Positions 40,984 through 50,931 are shown, counted from the stretch's first letter. The stretch is DNA of 64,000 nucleotides from Gammaproteobacteria bacterium (GCA_009839505.1 VXPO01000013.1:43300-107299), one strand, 5' to 3'. The notes: generated by a model not told the origin, from the letters alone. Numbers and translations: made by a program.

Positions 40984-41955
40984 TCACCCGTGCTTCTTCA
41001 CGTACTCATCGTGAATCCAGCGATACGTCAGTTCCAGCCCGTCCCGTAGCCGGATCGATGGCTCCCAACCCAGTTCGCGTTGGATCATTGTGTTGTCGCT
41101 GTTGCGGCCGTTGACACCCTTCGGGGCGTCGAGCTTGTAGTGCCGCCGAAGCTTCACCCCGGCGATGTCCTCCACCGCATCCACCAAGCCGTTGATCGTG
41201 ACCAACTCGCTGGAGCCTAGGTTTATGGGCTCCTCGATGCCACTCCGCATGATGTCCAGCGTGCCTTTTACGCAGTCGTCTATGTACATGAATGAGCGCG
41301 TCTGTCGGCCATCGCCCCAGATCTCGATGTCGAGCTCGCCGGTCGCCTTGGCATGGATGACCTTTCTGCATATGGCGGCCGGTGCCTTTTCACGGCCTCC
41401 TTCCCAAGTACCGTGGGGTCCGTAGACGTTGTGGTACCGGGCGATGCGCGTCACGATGCCGAAGTCCTCCCGGAAGTGTCGGCACATGCGTTCCGAGAAC
41501 AGCTTCTCCCAACCGTAGCCGTCTTCTGGCATCGCCGGATAGGCGTCTTCCTCCCGTAGCGGCACCACATCTTCGTGCTTTTGCCTATCGGCGTTGTATA
41601 CACATGCCGAGGACGCGTAGAAGAACCGCTGGAGACCGCGCTCCTTCGCTGCCAGCACCATGTGAGTGTTGATCAGCACGGAGAGCATGCACAGCGCCCG
41701 GTTGTTCTCGATGAATCCCATCCCGCCCATGTCCGCGGCGAGTTGGAAGCTCTCGTCCATCCCAGCGCATGCCGTCATTGAAGCATCGAGCCCCCGCAAG
41801 TCGGCGACCACATTCTCGGCGTTCTTGTGAACTTGGTACCAGCCCTCAAGGGGCTTGCAGTCGACACTGCGCACATGGTGGCCCTCGGCGAGCAGCGCGC
41901 CGACTAGATGCCCGCCTATGAAGCCGCCGCCGCCGGCTACGACGATGTTCCGCAC
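40984..41955 (-). CDS. GDP-mannose 3,5-epimerase homolog (extended SDR)
   Basis: GGGGFIGGHL, AADMGGMGFI, FYASSACVY, YGWEKL, GTWEGGREKAPAAICRK, WGDGRQTRSF and GRNSDN follow, block by block, my recollection of plant GME. Confidence 0.8.
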   Translation of the reverse strand: MRNIVVAGGGGFIGGHLVGALLAEGHHVRSVDCKPLEGWYQVHKNAENVVADLRGLDASMTACAGMDESFQLAADMGGMGFIENNRALCMLSVLINTHMVLAAKERGLQRFFYASSACVYNADRQKHEDVVPLREEDAYPAMPEDGYGWEKLFSERMCRHFREDFGIVTRIARYHNVYGPHGTWEGGREKAPAAICRKVIHAKATGELDIEIWGDGRQTRSFMYIDDCVKGTLDIMRSGIEEPINLGSSELVTINGLVDAVEDIAGVKLRRHYKLDAPKGVNGRNSDNTMIQRELGWEPSIRLRDGLELTYRWIHDEYVKKHG

Positions 41956-42056
41956 AGTCAGCTCGTTCTCCCTAGTGGGTGCCGATTACTCTACACAAGA
42001 GAGACGTCGATGGGCCAAGATCGACACTCTGCCTCGATCTGAAGTCGCCCCGGCCA

Positions 42057-42815
42057 TCAAAGTCGCAGGCGCATGAACTGTACGACCTTGCTCGCCACGC
42101 GTAGTGGAACGACCAGGTACGGCACAGGCATACGATGCTCGCGGCGCATGCGTATGGCTTCCAGGTTTCCACGGCAGATGCCGCCGATCGTACCCGAGTT
42201 GCCACCGGGCGCCATCTCGATCAACGCACGAGGCAGGTATCTCGTTGAAACACCATTTTGGAGCAGTAGCCGGAGCATGAAATCCTGGTCGGATGAGACC
42301 CGATAGCGGAGATCGAACATCCCGTGTTGGTTGTACACCGAACGACGCAAGAACAGCGTTAGGTGTGGAGGTAACCAGCCCCAATACAACTTGCGACGAC
42401 GAAAGTGACCTGCGTGCCAGCGCCGAACTAGCCGGCCTGCTTCGTTGACGTAGAGCAGGTCCCCATAGCACGCGTCCACCTCTGCGTCTTCAAGAAACGC
42501 ATCCGTCACGTCGCGCAACACGAACGGGTCCGCATAGCGGTCGTCCGCGCCAAGGTAATGAACAACATCCTCGGCATCGCCCGTTGTGCTTCTGATGCCC
42601 TTGTTCAGGCCATCGAAAATGCCGTTGTCTGGCTCACTGATGAGCACGGAAATGTCGTCCGCATACCCCATGACCACGTCCAGAGTCCCGTCCGTAGAGC
42701 CAGCGTCCACGACGATCAACTCCAAGGCGTGATCTAGTTGCTGCGACAGGATGGAGTCAAGTGCTCTGCCCACGCGGCGATCATTGTAAACCGGGACGAC
42801 GACGGAGACCTTCAT
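42057..42815 (-). CDS. Family 2 glycosyltransferase
   Basis: MKVSVVVPVYNDRRVGRALDSILSQ...ELIVVDAGSTDGT. The ATG at 42815 overlaps the upstream stop (ATGA). Confidence 0.85.
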   Translation of the reverse strand: MKVSVVVPVYNDRRVGRALDSILSQQLDHALELIVVDAGSTDGTLDVVMGYADDISVLISEPDNGIFDGLNKGIRSTTGDAEDVVHYLGADDRYADPFVLRDVTDAFLEDAEVDACYGDLLYVNEAGRLVRRWHAGHFRRRKLYWGWLPPHLTLFLRRSVYNQHGMFDLRYRVSSDQDFMLRLLLQNGVSTRYLPRALIEMAPGGNSGTIGGICRGNLEAIRMRREHRMPVPYLVVPLRVASKVVQFMRLRL

Positions 42816-43969
42816 TCGACGGGTTGCTCCAGCAAATCTCGATAAACGGAACACAATCGCTCGACGACGACGGCGTAGTCGTAGTCTCGCAATGCCTTGG
42901 CCCGATTGTGACTGCCCATCTGTTCACGCAAACACGGCGAGTCGAGCAAGCGACGCAAAGAACGCACATAGCCGTCGACATCATCCCACGGCACGAGGAA
43001 ACCGCCGTCGGGTACGTCAATCATCTCCGGGATCGCTCCCACCGGTGATGCCACGACAGGCAGTCCCACTGCCATCGCCTCGGCCAGGCTGTTAGGGAAA
43101 CCCTCCGTGGTCGACGGAAAGATGAACACGTCGCTCTCTGCCAGCATCTCCAGAACTCTACTTTGGGGCACAGGCCCAAGCACTGATACGCGACTCTCAA
43201 TCCCCAGAGCGCGGATTCGGTCGAGCAACGCCGCGCGCGAGTCGGGCGGTCCATCACCGACCATCGTGAAGTGTACGTCCTGAAGCCGCTCCGCAGCCGC
43301 GACGATCGTGCGGATTCCCTTGGCAGGGGTCAACGCACCGCTGAAAAGCACGCACACCGGCCCATCCTTACGTCGAACCACGGGCGGGATCCCCCGACCG
43401 TTAACGAAGTTCGGCATAAGTGGGGTCGTCTTGCCAGCGTATCGCCCCAACCGCAGTATGCCGCGATAGCTCGGTTCACCGAGGGCGAGGATCCAGGCCG
43501 CATGCCCGAACATCATCCGGTAGGCAATCCGATACAGCCGTGGGAGAACCCCTCTGCCCCTCGGCGGGTCGAATGTCGCGTGCAAATGAATTACGTACGG
43601 AACGCCCGCCGTACGCGCGATGAATGTGGACACGAGATTGCGAGGAGTCGCCGTATACGTCACCGCGCAGTTCAAGTGGATTAGTGAGAACCGTCGGGAA
43701 GAAAGAGCTCTTCGAATGGCCGCGAGGATATTGAAAAACCGTATCAACTCCACGCGATTTAGCCGAGGGGGGATGTCTTGGTGGCGGCGCGTTACCCTCG
43801 TGTCGACGACTTCGAACTCAAACGGTGCGGGCAGTCCGCGTTCCACGAGCATCTGCGTCCACGTCTGGATCCCTCCCGGTGGTGGGGGTAGCGGCGACAC
43901 CAACAGCACGCGAACGACGTCGGGAAAGCCGTCCACCGTGGGCGATGCGGGACTCTTCAGCTGCTCCAT
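42812..43969 (-). CDS. GT4 (GT-B) glycosyltransferase
   Basis: C-terminal IFPSTTEGFPNSLAEAMAVGLPVVASPVGAIPEMI (E-x7-E region). Confidence 0.85.
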   Translation of the reverse strand: MEQLKSPASPTVDGFPDVVRVLLVSPLPPPPGGIQTWTQMLVERGLPAPFEFEVVDTRVTRRHQDIPPRLNRVELIRFFNILAAIRRALSSRRFSLIHLNCAVTYTATPRNLVSTFIARTAGVPYVIHLHATFDPPRGRGVLPRLYRIAYRMMFGHAAWILALGEPSYRGILRLGRYAGKTTPLMPNFVNGRGIPPVVRRKDGPVCVLFSGALTPAKGIRTIVAAAERLQDVHFTMVGDGPPDSRAALLDRIRALGIESRVSVLGPVPQSRVLEMLAESDVFIFPSTTEGFPNSLAEAMAVGLPVVASPVGAIPEMIDVPDGGFLVPWDDVDGYVRSLRRLLDSPCLREQMGSHNRAKALRDYDYAVVVERLCSVYRDLLEQPVE

Positions 43970-45502
43970 TCAACCCTTTGGTCCGTTGCCGCTGCCCGAG
44001 AGACGGGGCAGCGTGAAGACCAATCCGATTAATATGAAGTGGTACCAGTCGCCGACGAAGGGGCCATTATTGTGTAACAAGCTGTTCAACGTGTAACCGA
44101 TCATCGCTGCCACCACGGCAGACACGAAAAACTCAGGTTTGACAGGTGCGCGCCTGAGCGAGCGCAAAATCGCCGGCCAGGCCGTTCGCACGATCTGCCA
44201 GTAGAAAGCCAGCAGGAGAATCAAGCCCGGGAACCCATAGTACACGAGGACGATAAGAAACTGATTGTGCGGCCCTTGCGACAACACTCGGTACTCTATG
44301 GTGGCATCGAGATCGACATCCAAATGCCGCTCCGACGGGAAGTACGTACCTGTTCCAAGGGGAAACTCCAGGGAGTATCGAATTGCCGCGGTCGCCATGT
44401 GTGGTCGGGGGCGCGTCGAGTCATCCACCAGCTTGAATAGACGGCTGTTGAACTCAAGCCTCTGATTGGACGCCAGCAGCGCTTCGTACGCCCGGGCCAA
44501 CTTCCATTCGAAACTCCCTCGAGGCGCGTCCTCGAGGACGCTTCGGTCTTCTACCGCAATGTGCGGTTCACTCGGGAAGATGGTTCTGTGGATCCCCAAT
44601 GACGGATTGAAGAAGACGGTTAGCCAAACGGCAATGAGAGACCACAAGACCCCCAATCGAGTGAGCGCGCGACCTTCGGCCACGTACATCACCGAGGCGG
44701 TTGCAGCAGCCAACGCTACCCCTAGGATCATTGACCGGCTGGAGTTTGCGACCATTGCCGTGATCATGACCATCAACACCATGCTCGAGAGCGCATCGAC
44801 TAGCCTTCGACACCTGACATGTCGTGGGCAGCCGAAGAGCACCAAGCAGAAGGCTAGTGGCGCGGCAACAGCCAGCTGATAGCTGAATGCAATGGGGTCG
44901 GGGCCCAGGCCCGCAAGGCGTTTGTAGGTGAGTACCTCGTAAAGGGTTTTCAAACGCACGTTGTCGGCGACTTGCAGCCAGATCGTCAGGAAGGGATCCC
45001 CGTAGAAGGCGATTGCGAACCCGAATATTGTCGAGACGAACGTCGCGAGCACGATGGCAAGTACCAGCGCGTACGCCCGGCGGGCGGTCGTCACGCAAAA
45101 GTAGACAGAGAACAACACGCCGAGACCCAGCAGCATCTGTGGTACGCGCTTGGGCAACAGGGTATCCGCCAAGACGTAGACGAACGTAGCCCAGACCGCA
45201 AGCAAGGAGCCAATCGCCAGCACCGGTACAACCGGCAGGAACGGTTCCAGCAAGGCCTTGGACATCCCATGGTGCCGGACACCAGCGTACGCGCATGCCA
45301 CAGACGCCAGGACCGTGAGTCCACCTGCATATACGTTCGGGCCACCGAACGGCAAGTCGGCACCAGCGGCCCATAGGTGCGCAGGCACAGTCAATAGCAG
45401 TAGCGAAAACGATGCTAGTAGAGCAAGCCCACTAGAGCGCCCTTGTTTGAGGGGCATCGATCCGAGAAGCACCGGTCTATGGCCAGCCAGCCGTCGCGGC
45501 AT
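43970..45502 (-). CDS. O-antigen polymerase/ligase-like (Wzy_C type) polytopic membrane protein
   Basis: At least 10 TM segments, a central ...ANSSRSMILGVALAA region and a large loop. The assignment rests on topology and context. Confidence 0.55.
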   Translation of the reverse strand: MPRRLAGHRPVLLGSMPLKQGRSSGLALLASFSLLLLTVPAHLWAAGADLPFGGPNVYAGGLTVLASVACAYAGVRHHGMSKALLEPFLPVVPVLAIGSLLAVWATFVYVLADTLLPKRVPQMLLGLGVLFSVYFCVTTARRAYALVLAIVLATFVSTIFGFAIAFYGDPFLTIWLQVADNVRLKTLYEVLTYKRLAGLGPDPIAFSYQLAVAAPLAFCLVLFGCPRHVRCRRLVDALSSMVLMVMITAMVANSSRSMILGVALAAATASVMYVAEGRALTRLGVLWSLIAVWLTVFFNPSLGIHRTIFPSEPHIAVEDRSVLEDAPRGSFEWKLARAYEALLASNQRLEFNSRLFKLVDDSTRPRPHMATAAIRYSLEFPLGTGTYFPSERHLDVDLDATIEYRVLSQGPHNQFLIVLVYYGFPGLILLLAFYWQIVRTAWPAILRSLRRAPVKPEFFVSAVVAAMIGYTLNSLLHNNGPFVGDWYHFILIGLVFTLPRLSGSGNGPKG

Positions 45503-45587
45503 TGTAACAACGCAGGTTGGTAGGCAAGCCGAATTCTCGGCGACAAGGGAACCCGACTCGCATTGAGAGTCGCATGCGACTCCGGCG

Positions 45588-46673
45588 CTATGACCCCTCG
45601 CTAGCTCCGTGGATCAGGCGCAGATACGCATCGATGGAAGACTCTGCGTTGTACTCACTTGCCCTCGCCACCAAGGTTCCCGGATCGGTCGGATGCTCCA
45701 ACACCTCGACGATCGCTGCGGCCATCGCCTCAACATCACCCACGGGAACCAGTGCTCCCCACTTACCGTCCTCTAGGATCTCGCGCGGGCCGCTGGGACA
45801 GTCAGTGCTAACCACCGACGTCCCGCAAGCCATTGCTTGAATCAGCACGTTGGGCGAACCCTCGTATCGAGATGACAGAACGACGACGTGCGCCTTCGAC
45901 ATGAACGCGAACGGATTGAGCACAAATCCTGCGAAATCAACGATCCTTCTCACACCAAGCCGACTCGCCAATCTGGTCAAGTCTCCTCGTTGCGGTCCCT
46001 CGCCAAGCACAACCAAGCGGGCGGGCCGGGACTTAGCGATGTCTGCAAACGCATGGAGGAGAGTCACGAGATCCTTCGGTGGTGCCAGTCGACCCACAGA
46101 CAGAACGACCGGTGTGCGAGGATCATTGAACCACTCGCCGTCGACCGGTAGCGCTGCCAGACGCTGGTGGTCGGCCCACACGACGGGGTTCGAAATAACA
46201 CTCACCAGATGCGAGATTGCTGGAACATGCTTCTTGAGATCCTCGGCTACTCCTGGGGAGTTGACGACAACAGCCCTCACTGTCGGCAGGAAAAGCCTCT
46301 CTATTCGGAGGGTCAGACGCATCTTCGCGTTCCCACTACCGTATTCCATCGAGAGATTCGATGCCCGACGAACGATTACTGGTACTCGGGTCGGACCGAA
46401 TGTGCAGGCCAGCATGGCCACTATGCTGGCTTCCGGCAGAGTGGCCAACATCACCGATGGGCGCCGCCTCCGTAAGTAGCGGATCAGCGGCATCAGGCAA
46501 GTCAACGCACGACGGGCACCCAGGTCGACGACGCCGACGTTCGAAGGCACATGCTCCACGAACGGGCCCTCGGCACGAATGAGCAAGAGCTCAACTGGCA
46601 AACCGCGCTCTGCGAGCCCGCGGGCGATATCCACCATGGCCCGCTCCGCGCCGCCCCCCCGGAGCGAAGGCAC
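45588..46673 (-). CDS. GT4 glycosyltransferase
   Basis: PSLRGGGAERAMVDIARGL... and LSSRYEGSPNVLIQAMACGTSVVSTDCPSGPREIL. The start codon is problematic (see findings). Confidence 0.85.
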   Translation of the reverse strand: MPSLRGGGAERAMVDIARGLAERGLPVELLLIRAEGPFVEHVPSNVGVVDLGARRALTCLMPLIRYLRRRRPSVMLATLPEASIVAMLACTFGPTRVPVIVRRASNLSMEYGSGNAKMRLTLRIERLFLPTVRAVVVNSPGVAEDLKKHVPAISHLVSVISNPVVWADHQRLAALPVDGEWFNDPRTPVVLSVGRLAPPKDLVTLLHAFADIAKSRPARLVVLGEGPQRGDLTRLASRLGVRRIVDFAGFVLNPFAFMSKAHVVVLSSRYEGSPNVLIQAMACGTSVVSTDCPSGPREILEDGKWGALVPVGDVEAMAAAIVEVLEHPTDPGTLVARASEYNAESSIDAYLRLIHGASEGS

Positions 46674-46693
46674 GAACAGCGCGACGGGTCCGT

Positions 46694-47860
46694 TTAGGGA
46701 GATGGGCTCGCCATCCGGACAACGGTATCAACGTAACGGCTCGGGGCGTGCTCCGTCCCAACAAGCTCGTGGCTGCGGCGGCCCATTTCGATGAGTACTT
46801 CCCTGTTGGCGACTACTCGATCTAGGCAAGACACCAAGTCATCCACATCGTCGGTACGGAATACGAAGCCGTTCTCCCCGGGACGGATATAGCAACTCGT
46901 CCCATTCGAGTCGCTGCAAACGACGGGTAGGCAGTGAGCCATTGCCTCAAGGGGTGATACGGCAGCCGGTTCGTCACGGCTGGCCAGGACAAACACGTCG
47001 TGATCAGAATAGTGGCGTCGCATGTCGGCAAACGCCACGTTGAGCTCCACTTGGACGTTGTCCTCCAATCCTAGCCTACGACACTGCTGCCTGACCTTGT
47101 GCAGCTCCTCGTAGTGCGCCTCCGTGCTGCACTCGCCGACTATTTTAGCCCGGACTCGGTAGCGTCGTGACAGCTCGGCCACTGCATCGACAAACAGGCA
47201 GTGGTTCTTGCGCGGCACGAACATCCCAATCGCAAGCAGATTCACGCAGTCTCCCGCATACCACTGCTTCTGCTCCGGCGATACTTGGGTTGGCATAACG
47301 AACGGCAAGTAGGCCACGGGACCATCACCAGCACCGTCGCCCCGCATTGGGCTGAACCAGCTGGCGTGCGTCACTCGGCGAAGCATGCGGACGAGCGCTC
47401 GGTTTGATGATTTCGGATCAACGTTCCTAGCAGACTGGCTGTAGAGAATCAGGTGAGCGCGAATGAGCTTCGCAACCAACATGGCCAAGAGCCCGTAGGC
47501 TGACCGGGGATCTCGCACCACCATTGCCGATGGCCGTCGGGCCCGTACTTCAGAGACGAAGCGAAGAATGGGCGGCAGCCCGCCGGTGTCCCAGTAGGCG
47601 ATTCCCGGAATCAACGACGCAACGCGGCGGAGCACATCGAAAACCGGGGAGCAACCGAGCACTACCGGTTCAAGCGCGTCGTAGGTCTCTGTCCTGCCAC
47701 GCCGAAGGACCAGAAACGTCACCTGATGACCCGCCTCGAGCAACGCGGTCACAGGGTAGTGTTGATTGGTATGGTACCTAGGTGCGGTGTAGAGGAAGTG
47801 CATCGAGATTGGAAGCAGATGTACGCGAAGCGGACTAATATCCGCAGCTCTTAACGACAT
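46694..47860 (-). CDS. GT4 glycosyltransferase
   Basis: VFVLASRDEPAAVSPLEAMAHCLPVVCSDSNGTSCYIRPGENGFVF. An alternative ATG is at 47803. Confidence 0.8.
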   Translation of the reverse strand: MSLRAADISPLRVHLLPISMHFLYTAPRYHTNQHYPVTALLEAGHQVTFLVLRRGRTETYDALEPVVLGCSPVFDVLRRVASLIPGIAYWDTGGLPPILRFVSEVRARRPSAMVVRDPRSAYGLLAMLVAKLIRAHLILYSQSARNVDPKSSNRALVRMLRRVTHASWFSPMRGDGAGDGPVAYLPFVMPTQVSPEQKQWYAGDCVNLLAIGMFVPRKNHCLFVDAVAELSRRYRVRAKIVGECSTEAHYEELHKVRQQCRRLGLEDNVQVELNVAFADMRRHYSDHDVFVLASRDEPAAVSPLEAMAHCLPVVCSDSNGTSCYIRPGENGFVFRTDDVDDLVSCLDRVVANREVLIEMGRRSHELVGTEHAPSRYVDTVVRMASPSP

Positions 47861-48602
47861 AGTAGAGATTGGTCACATCGGATTTAACTGGTTTCTCTAG
47901 GCGGTCTGCGAAGAACTCATCCACTGCTTGAGTTGCTCCGGGAAAGACTGGTTTTCGATACTCGTCGAACGCGACAATCCCTCCGGGAGCCAAGTAAGGC
48001 CAAAGCTCCCTGAGCGCTGTCTTGTACGACTCGTAGAAGTCGATGTCGAGGTGAAGGAGAGCGATAGGCACCCCGTCGTACTTCGGCAACGTGTCCTCGA
48101 ACAATCCTGGCTGGAAGGATATCTTCTTCTCAATGAAGGATTCAGATAGACCGTTGTGCTTAAGCAGTTCCACGACATTGTCCATTGAGTGGTGCCACCA
48201 GCCCGCCTTATGGGCACTCACTTCACCATCCTCAACGGTAGGCGGTGGTATCCCTTCGAACGTATCGAATCCAACGATCTCCCTCGGTCTAGTCAGGTAT
48301 TGGCTGATTACAGAAAATCCCAAGATTGACCGTCCGGGCCCGACTCCACACTCCACGATACGACCATCCACGTCTTCCAACTTCCGCAACATGATCTCGA
48401 AGTGCATCAGGCGCCGGGCAAAGGTGGCATTCATCTCGTAGTACCACAAATCGAACCGCCGTTCCTGAACTGTCGTGATGTGTAGCCCAAACCATTTCCT
48501 GGCATAGCGGTGGACCATACGTCGTCCCTTTGGACCAATCAGTCTCCGTAACATTGCAGCTGTTTCCTCATTCAGTACTTCCTGCCGAAGCGGCTGGGCC
48601 AT
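47835..48602 (-). CDS. TylF/MycF-family (Methyltransf_24) O-methyltransferase
   Basis: RIVECGVGPGRSI, GFDTFEGIPPP and LHLDIDFYESYKTALRELWPYLAPGGIVAFDEY. Confidence 0.8.
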   Translation of the reverse strand: MAQPLRQEVLNEETAAMLRRLIGPKGRRMVHRYARKWFGLHITTVQERRFDLWYYEMNATFARRLMHFEIMLRKLEDVDGRIVECGVGPGRSILGFSVISQYLTRPREIVGFDTFEGIPPPTVEDGEVSAHKAGWWHHSMDNVVELLKHNGLSESFIEKKISFQPGLFEDTLPKYDGVPIALLHLDIDFYESYKTALRELWPYLAPGGIVAFDEYRKPVFPGATQAVDEFFADRLEKPVKSDVTNLYYVVKSCGY

Positions 48603-48690
48603 GGCCCCGACGAGGTTGCGTCGGATCGTTGAGTTTCGTATGTCCCGCCCAGCACATCAGGGGCACGGGAGGTTCCGATGCGTCCACGAC

Positions 48691-49881
48691 TCAGACACGT
48701 TGCTCTGCGAATCCGCGATGGTAAACGGCCAAGTGGCGTTCCACGACCGATGAAATCGAGAAGCCCCTAACCGTCTCGCGAGCGTTGGACGTTAGACGGG
48801 AGCGGAGACTTGGCGCCCTGTAGAGTCGCGTGAGTGCTGATGCGATGTCCTGCGGATCGGATGCCGCCACCAGTAAGCCATTGCTCTCATGCTGAATGAA
48901 ATCTGCAGGCCCGCCCTCCTTCGTCGCTACGACAGCCGCGCCGAACTTCATGGCCTCGAGCGCAACGAGGCCGAATGCCTCGAAATGGGAAGCGAGGCAA
49001 TAGACCTCGCTGGCCTCGAAATAGGCGCGCTTCCTTGCACCCGTCAATTCGCCACAGAAGACAACGCGATCCGAGAGACCCTTGTCCCTAACGTGATGAA
49101 CGACAGACGCCGAGAGCGGGCCGGTGCACGCCAGTATGAGTTTCGACGACCCGAGACGGTCAGCGGTCAGTGACATTGCCTCGATCAGTCCTGAGAGATT
49201 CTTGACCCGTCGGCCGCTGGATAGCGAGAGGATGTAGATCCCTCCTCCCGGTAGCGGTGGCAGTTCGGCACTCACATCGACGGGGTCGCCACATTCGAAG
49301 TCGAGGTCGCCGGACATTGGCACCCCATTGTGAATGACCTCTACGCGATGCCGCGGCGTTCCCGCGTCAACAGCGCGGTTCACCATTGCCTTGCTCACAA
49401 CAACATGTGTCGACAATCGTCTGGTCACCTGGCGGGCGATCAGCCTGCCCCTGACTGTCCGCAACGAGCCATAGTTCATCTCAGGAAGGGAGACCAAGTC
49501 CTGACCGTGTGACGTGACCACAAGATCGATCGGAACGCCGAACATTCGGCTCGCCAAGAGTACACAGAGACCGTCCGGCGACACGGCGTGACAATGCACG
49601 ATCTCCGGTTTGATCTTCCTCAGGAGGCGGCCTATTCGAATGCTGAGCCTTGCCAATTCGGACCTACCACCACCGTGAAACACAAGGCTGTGAGTCTCGA
49701 TATTCTCGAACTGCACGTATTCGTGCGCTTCGGCGTTCGGATAAGCGAAGTGAACTTCAATGTCCTCAGTCCGAGCGAGCCTCCGATCCAGGTTGTCGAG
49801 AAACCACTTCAGAAAGTACTGCACTCCGCCAACGACGGGCAGGAAGGTGGTCGTGAGAATCAGGACACGCGGGTTACGCAT
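48691..49881 (-). CDS. GT4 glycosyltransferase
   Basis: MRNPRVLILTTTFLPVVGGVQYF... and CLASHFEAFGLVALEAMKFGAAVVATKEGGPADFI. Confidence 0.85.
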   Translation of the reverse strand: MRNPRVLILTTTFLPVVGGVQYFLKWFLDNLDRRLARTEDIEVHFAYPNAEAHEYVQFENIETHSLVFHGGGRSELARLSIRIGRLLRKIKPEIVHCHAVSPDGLCVLLASRMFGVPIDLVVTSHGQDLVSLPEMNYGSLRTVRGRLIARQVTRRLSTHVVVSKAMVNRAVDAGTPRHRVEVIHNGVPMSGDLDFECGDPVDVSAELPPLPGGGIYILSLSSGRRVKNLSGLIEAMSLTADRLGSSKLILACTGPLSASVVHHVRDKGLSDRVVFCGELTGARKRAYFEASEVYCLASHFEAFGLVALEAMKFGAAVVATKEGGPADFIQHESNGLLVAASDPQDIASALTRLYRAPSLRSRLTSNARETVRGFSISSVVERHLAVYHRGFAEQRV

Positions 49882-50894
49882 TAGTGCTTCGAAACCCGAG
49901 CAGACTGATGGCGAGCGACCGCTTCTCGAAACGCCGCGATGTACCCGTTCGCGGCCCGATCGACTAGGAATCGGCCTCGGTCTGCGCGGACACGTTCGAT
50001 GAACGCACCATAGTCCGCGGCTAGCGACCCCACCGTGTCGTGCAGGTTGTCCGTCAACGCGACACCACAGTCGCCGACGAGCTCGGCATTCCCCCCCGAG
50101 TCACGGAAGATGACCGGCAGTCCACACGCCATCGCTTCAACCACGGTGTTGGAACAAGGCTCATTCCATGCCGCATGAACCAGTGCACTTGCGGTTCTCA
50201 TCAGCTGTGCCAGTTCGACCGAAGTCAGCACGCCGACTAGCTCCACCCCCTCAGGCTCGATCTCCGGGCTCCAATTGCCCGCGAAAACGACCCGTACTCC
50301 CGCAATTCGCGAGAGCGCAGCCAATGTGGCAAACCCCTTGCGCCGATTGGGTGACCAAGACGCGGCCACGAGTCGGAGACCACCGTCGACCTTTGGGGGC
50401 ACCCTAGGAGGAAAGAAGACCCGCGGATCAACGCCGTTGTTGACAATAGACCACGTCGACGGAGTGCCTCCATGCTCCAGGAAGCTCTCCCGGCAGAACT
50501 CACTTTGGAAGATCGTGTGGTCGGCCAGGCGATTCACCGCTGGTTGGACGTCGTCCGCCGGAGTCCGGTGTCCTCGAGTTAACTCGGGTACACCATCAAC
50601 ACGGTGGACAAGAACGGGACCGCGCCTCCCCAGCGTCTCTAAGCACCACCTGGGCAGAACCCTCCCCACTGTGCTCATCCTTCCCAGGTGGCGAATCTCG
50701 GCGACTTGACCGACCCGCAACCGCCGCCCCGAGGCATAGTTGAACCCGTTCAGCAGAACAACGTCAGTGTCCTTTGTCGGCCTCGTCGAGACACCGTGTC
50801 CCATCCGCACAAACTGGCTGATCAAGGCTTTGAGGAACTGGTTGCCACCTCCAGTCGGCGAGTTGACCGTGTCGAACAGAACGCAGATGTTCAT
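49881..50894 (-). CDS. GT-B (GT4-like) glycosyltransferase
   Basis: MNICVLFDTVNSPTGGGNQF... and AAWNEPCSNTVVEAMACGLPVIFRDSGGNAELV. ATG at 50894; the track ORF starts at a TTG at 50930. Confidence 0.75.
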   Translation of the reverse strand: MNICVLFDTVNSPTGGGNQFLKALISQFVRMGHGVSTRPTKDTDVVLLNGFNYASGRRLRVGQVAEIRHLGRMSTVGRVLPRWCLETLGRRGPVLVHRVDGVPELTRGHRTPADDVQPAVNRLADHTIFQSEFCRESFLEHGGTPSTWSIVNNGVDPRVFFPPRVPPKVDGGLRLVAASWSPNRRKGFATLAALSRIAGVRVVFAGNWSPEIEPEGVELVGVLTSVELAQLMRTASALVHAAWNEPCSNTVVEAMACGLPVIFRDSGGNAELVGDCGVALTDNLHDTVGSLAADYGAFIERVRADRGRFLVDRAANGYIAAFREAVARHQSARVSKH

Positions 50895-50931
50895 GGAGAA
50901 GGAGCCCGTGGTCGACCGAACCAAGCGCAAG

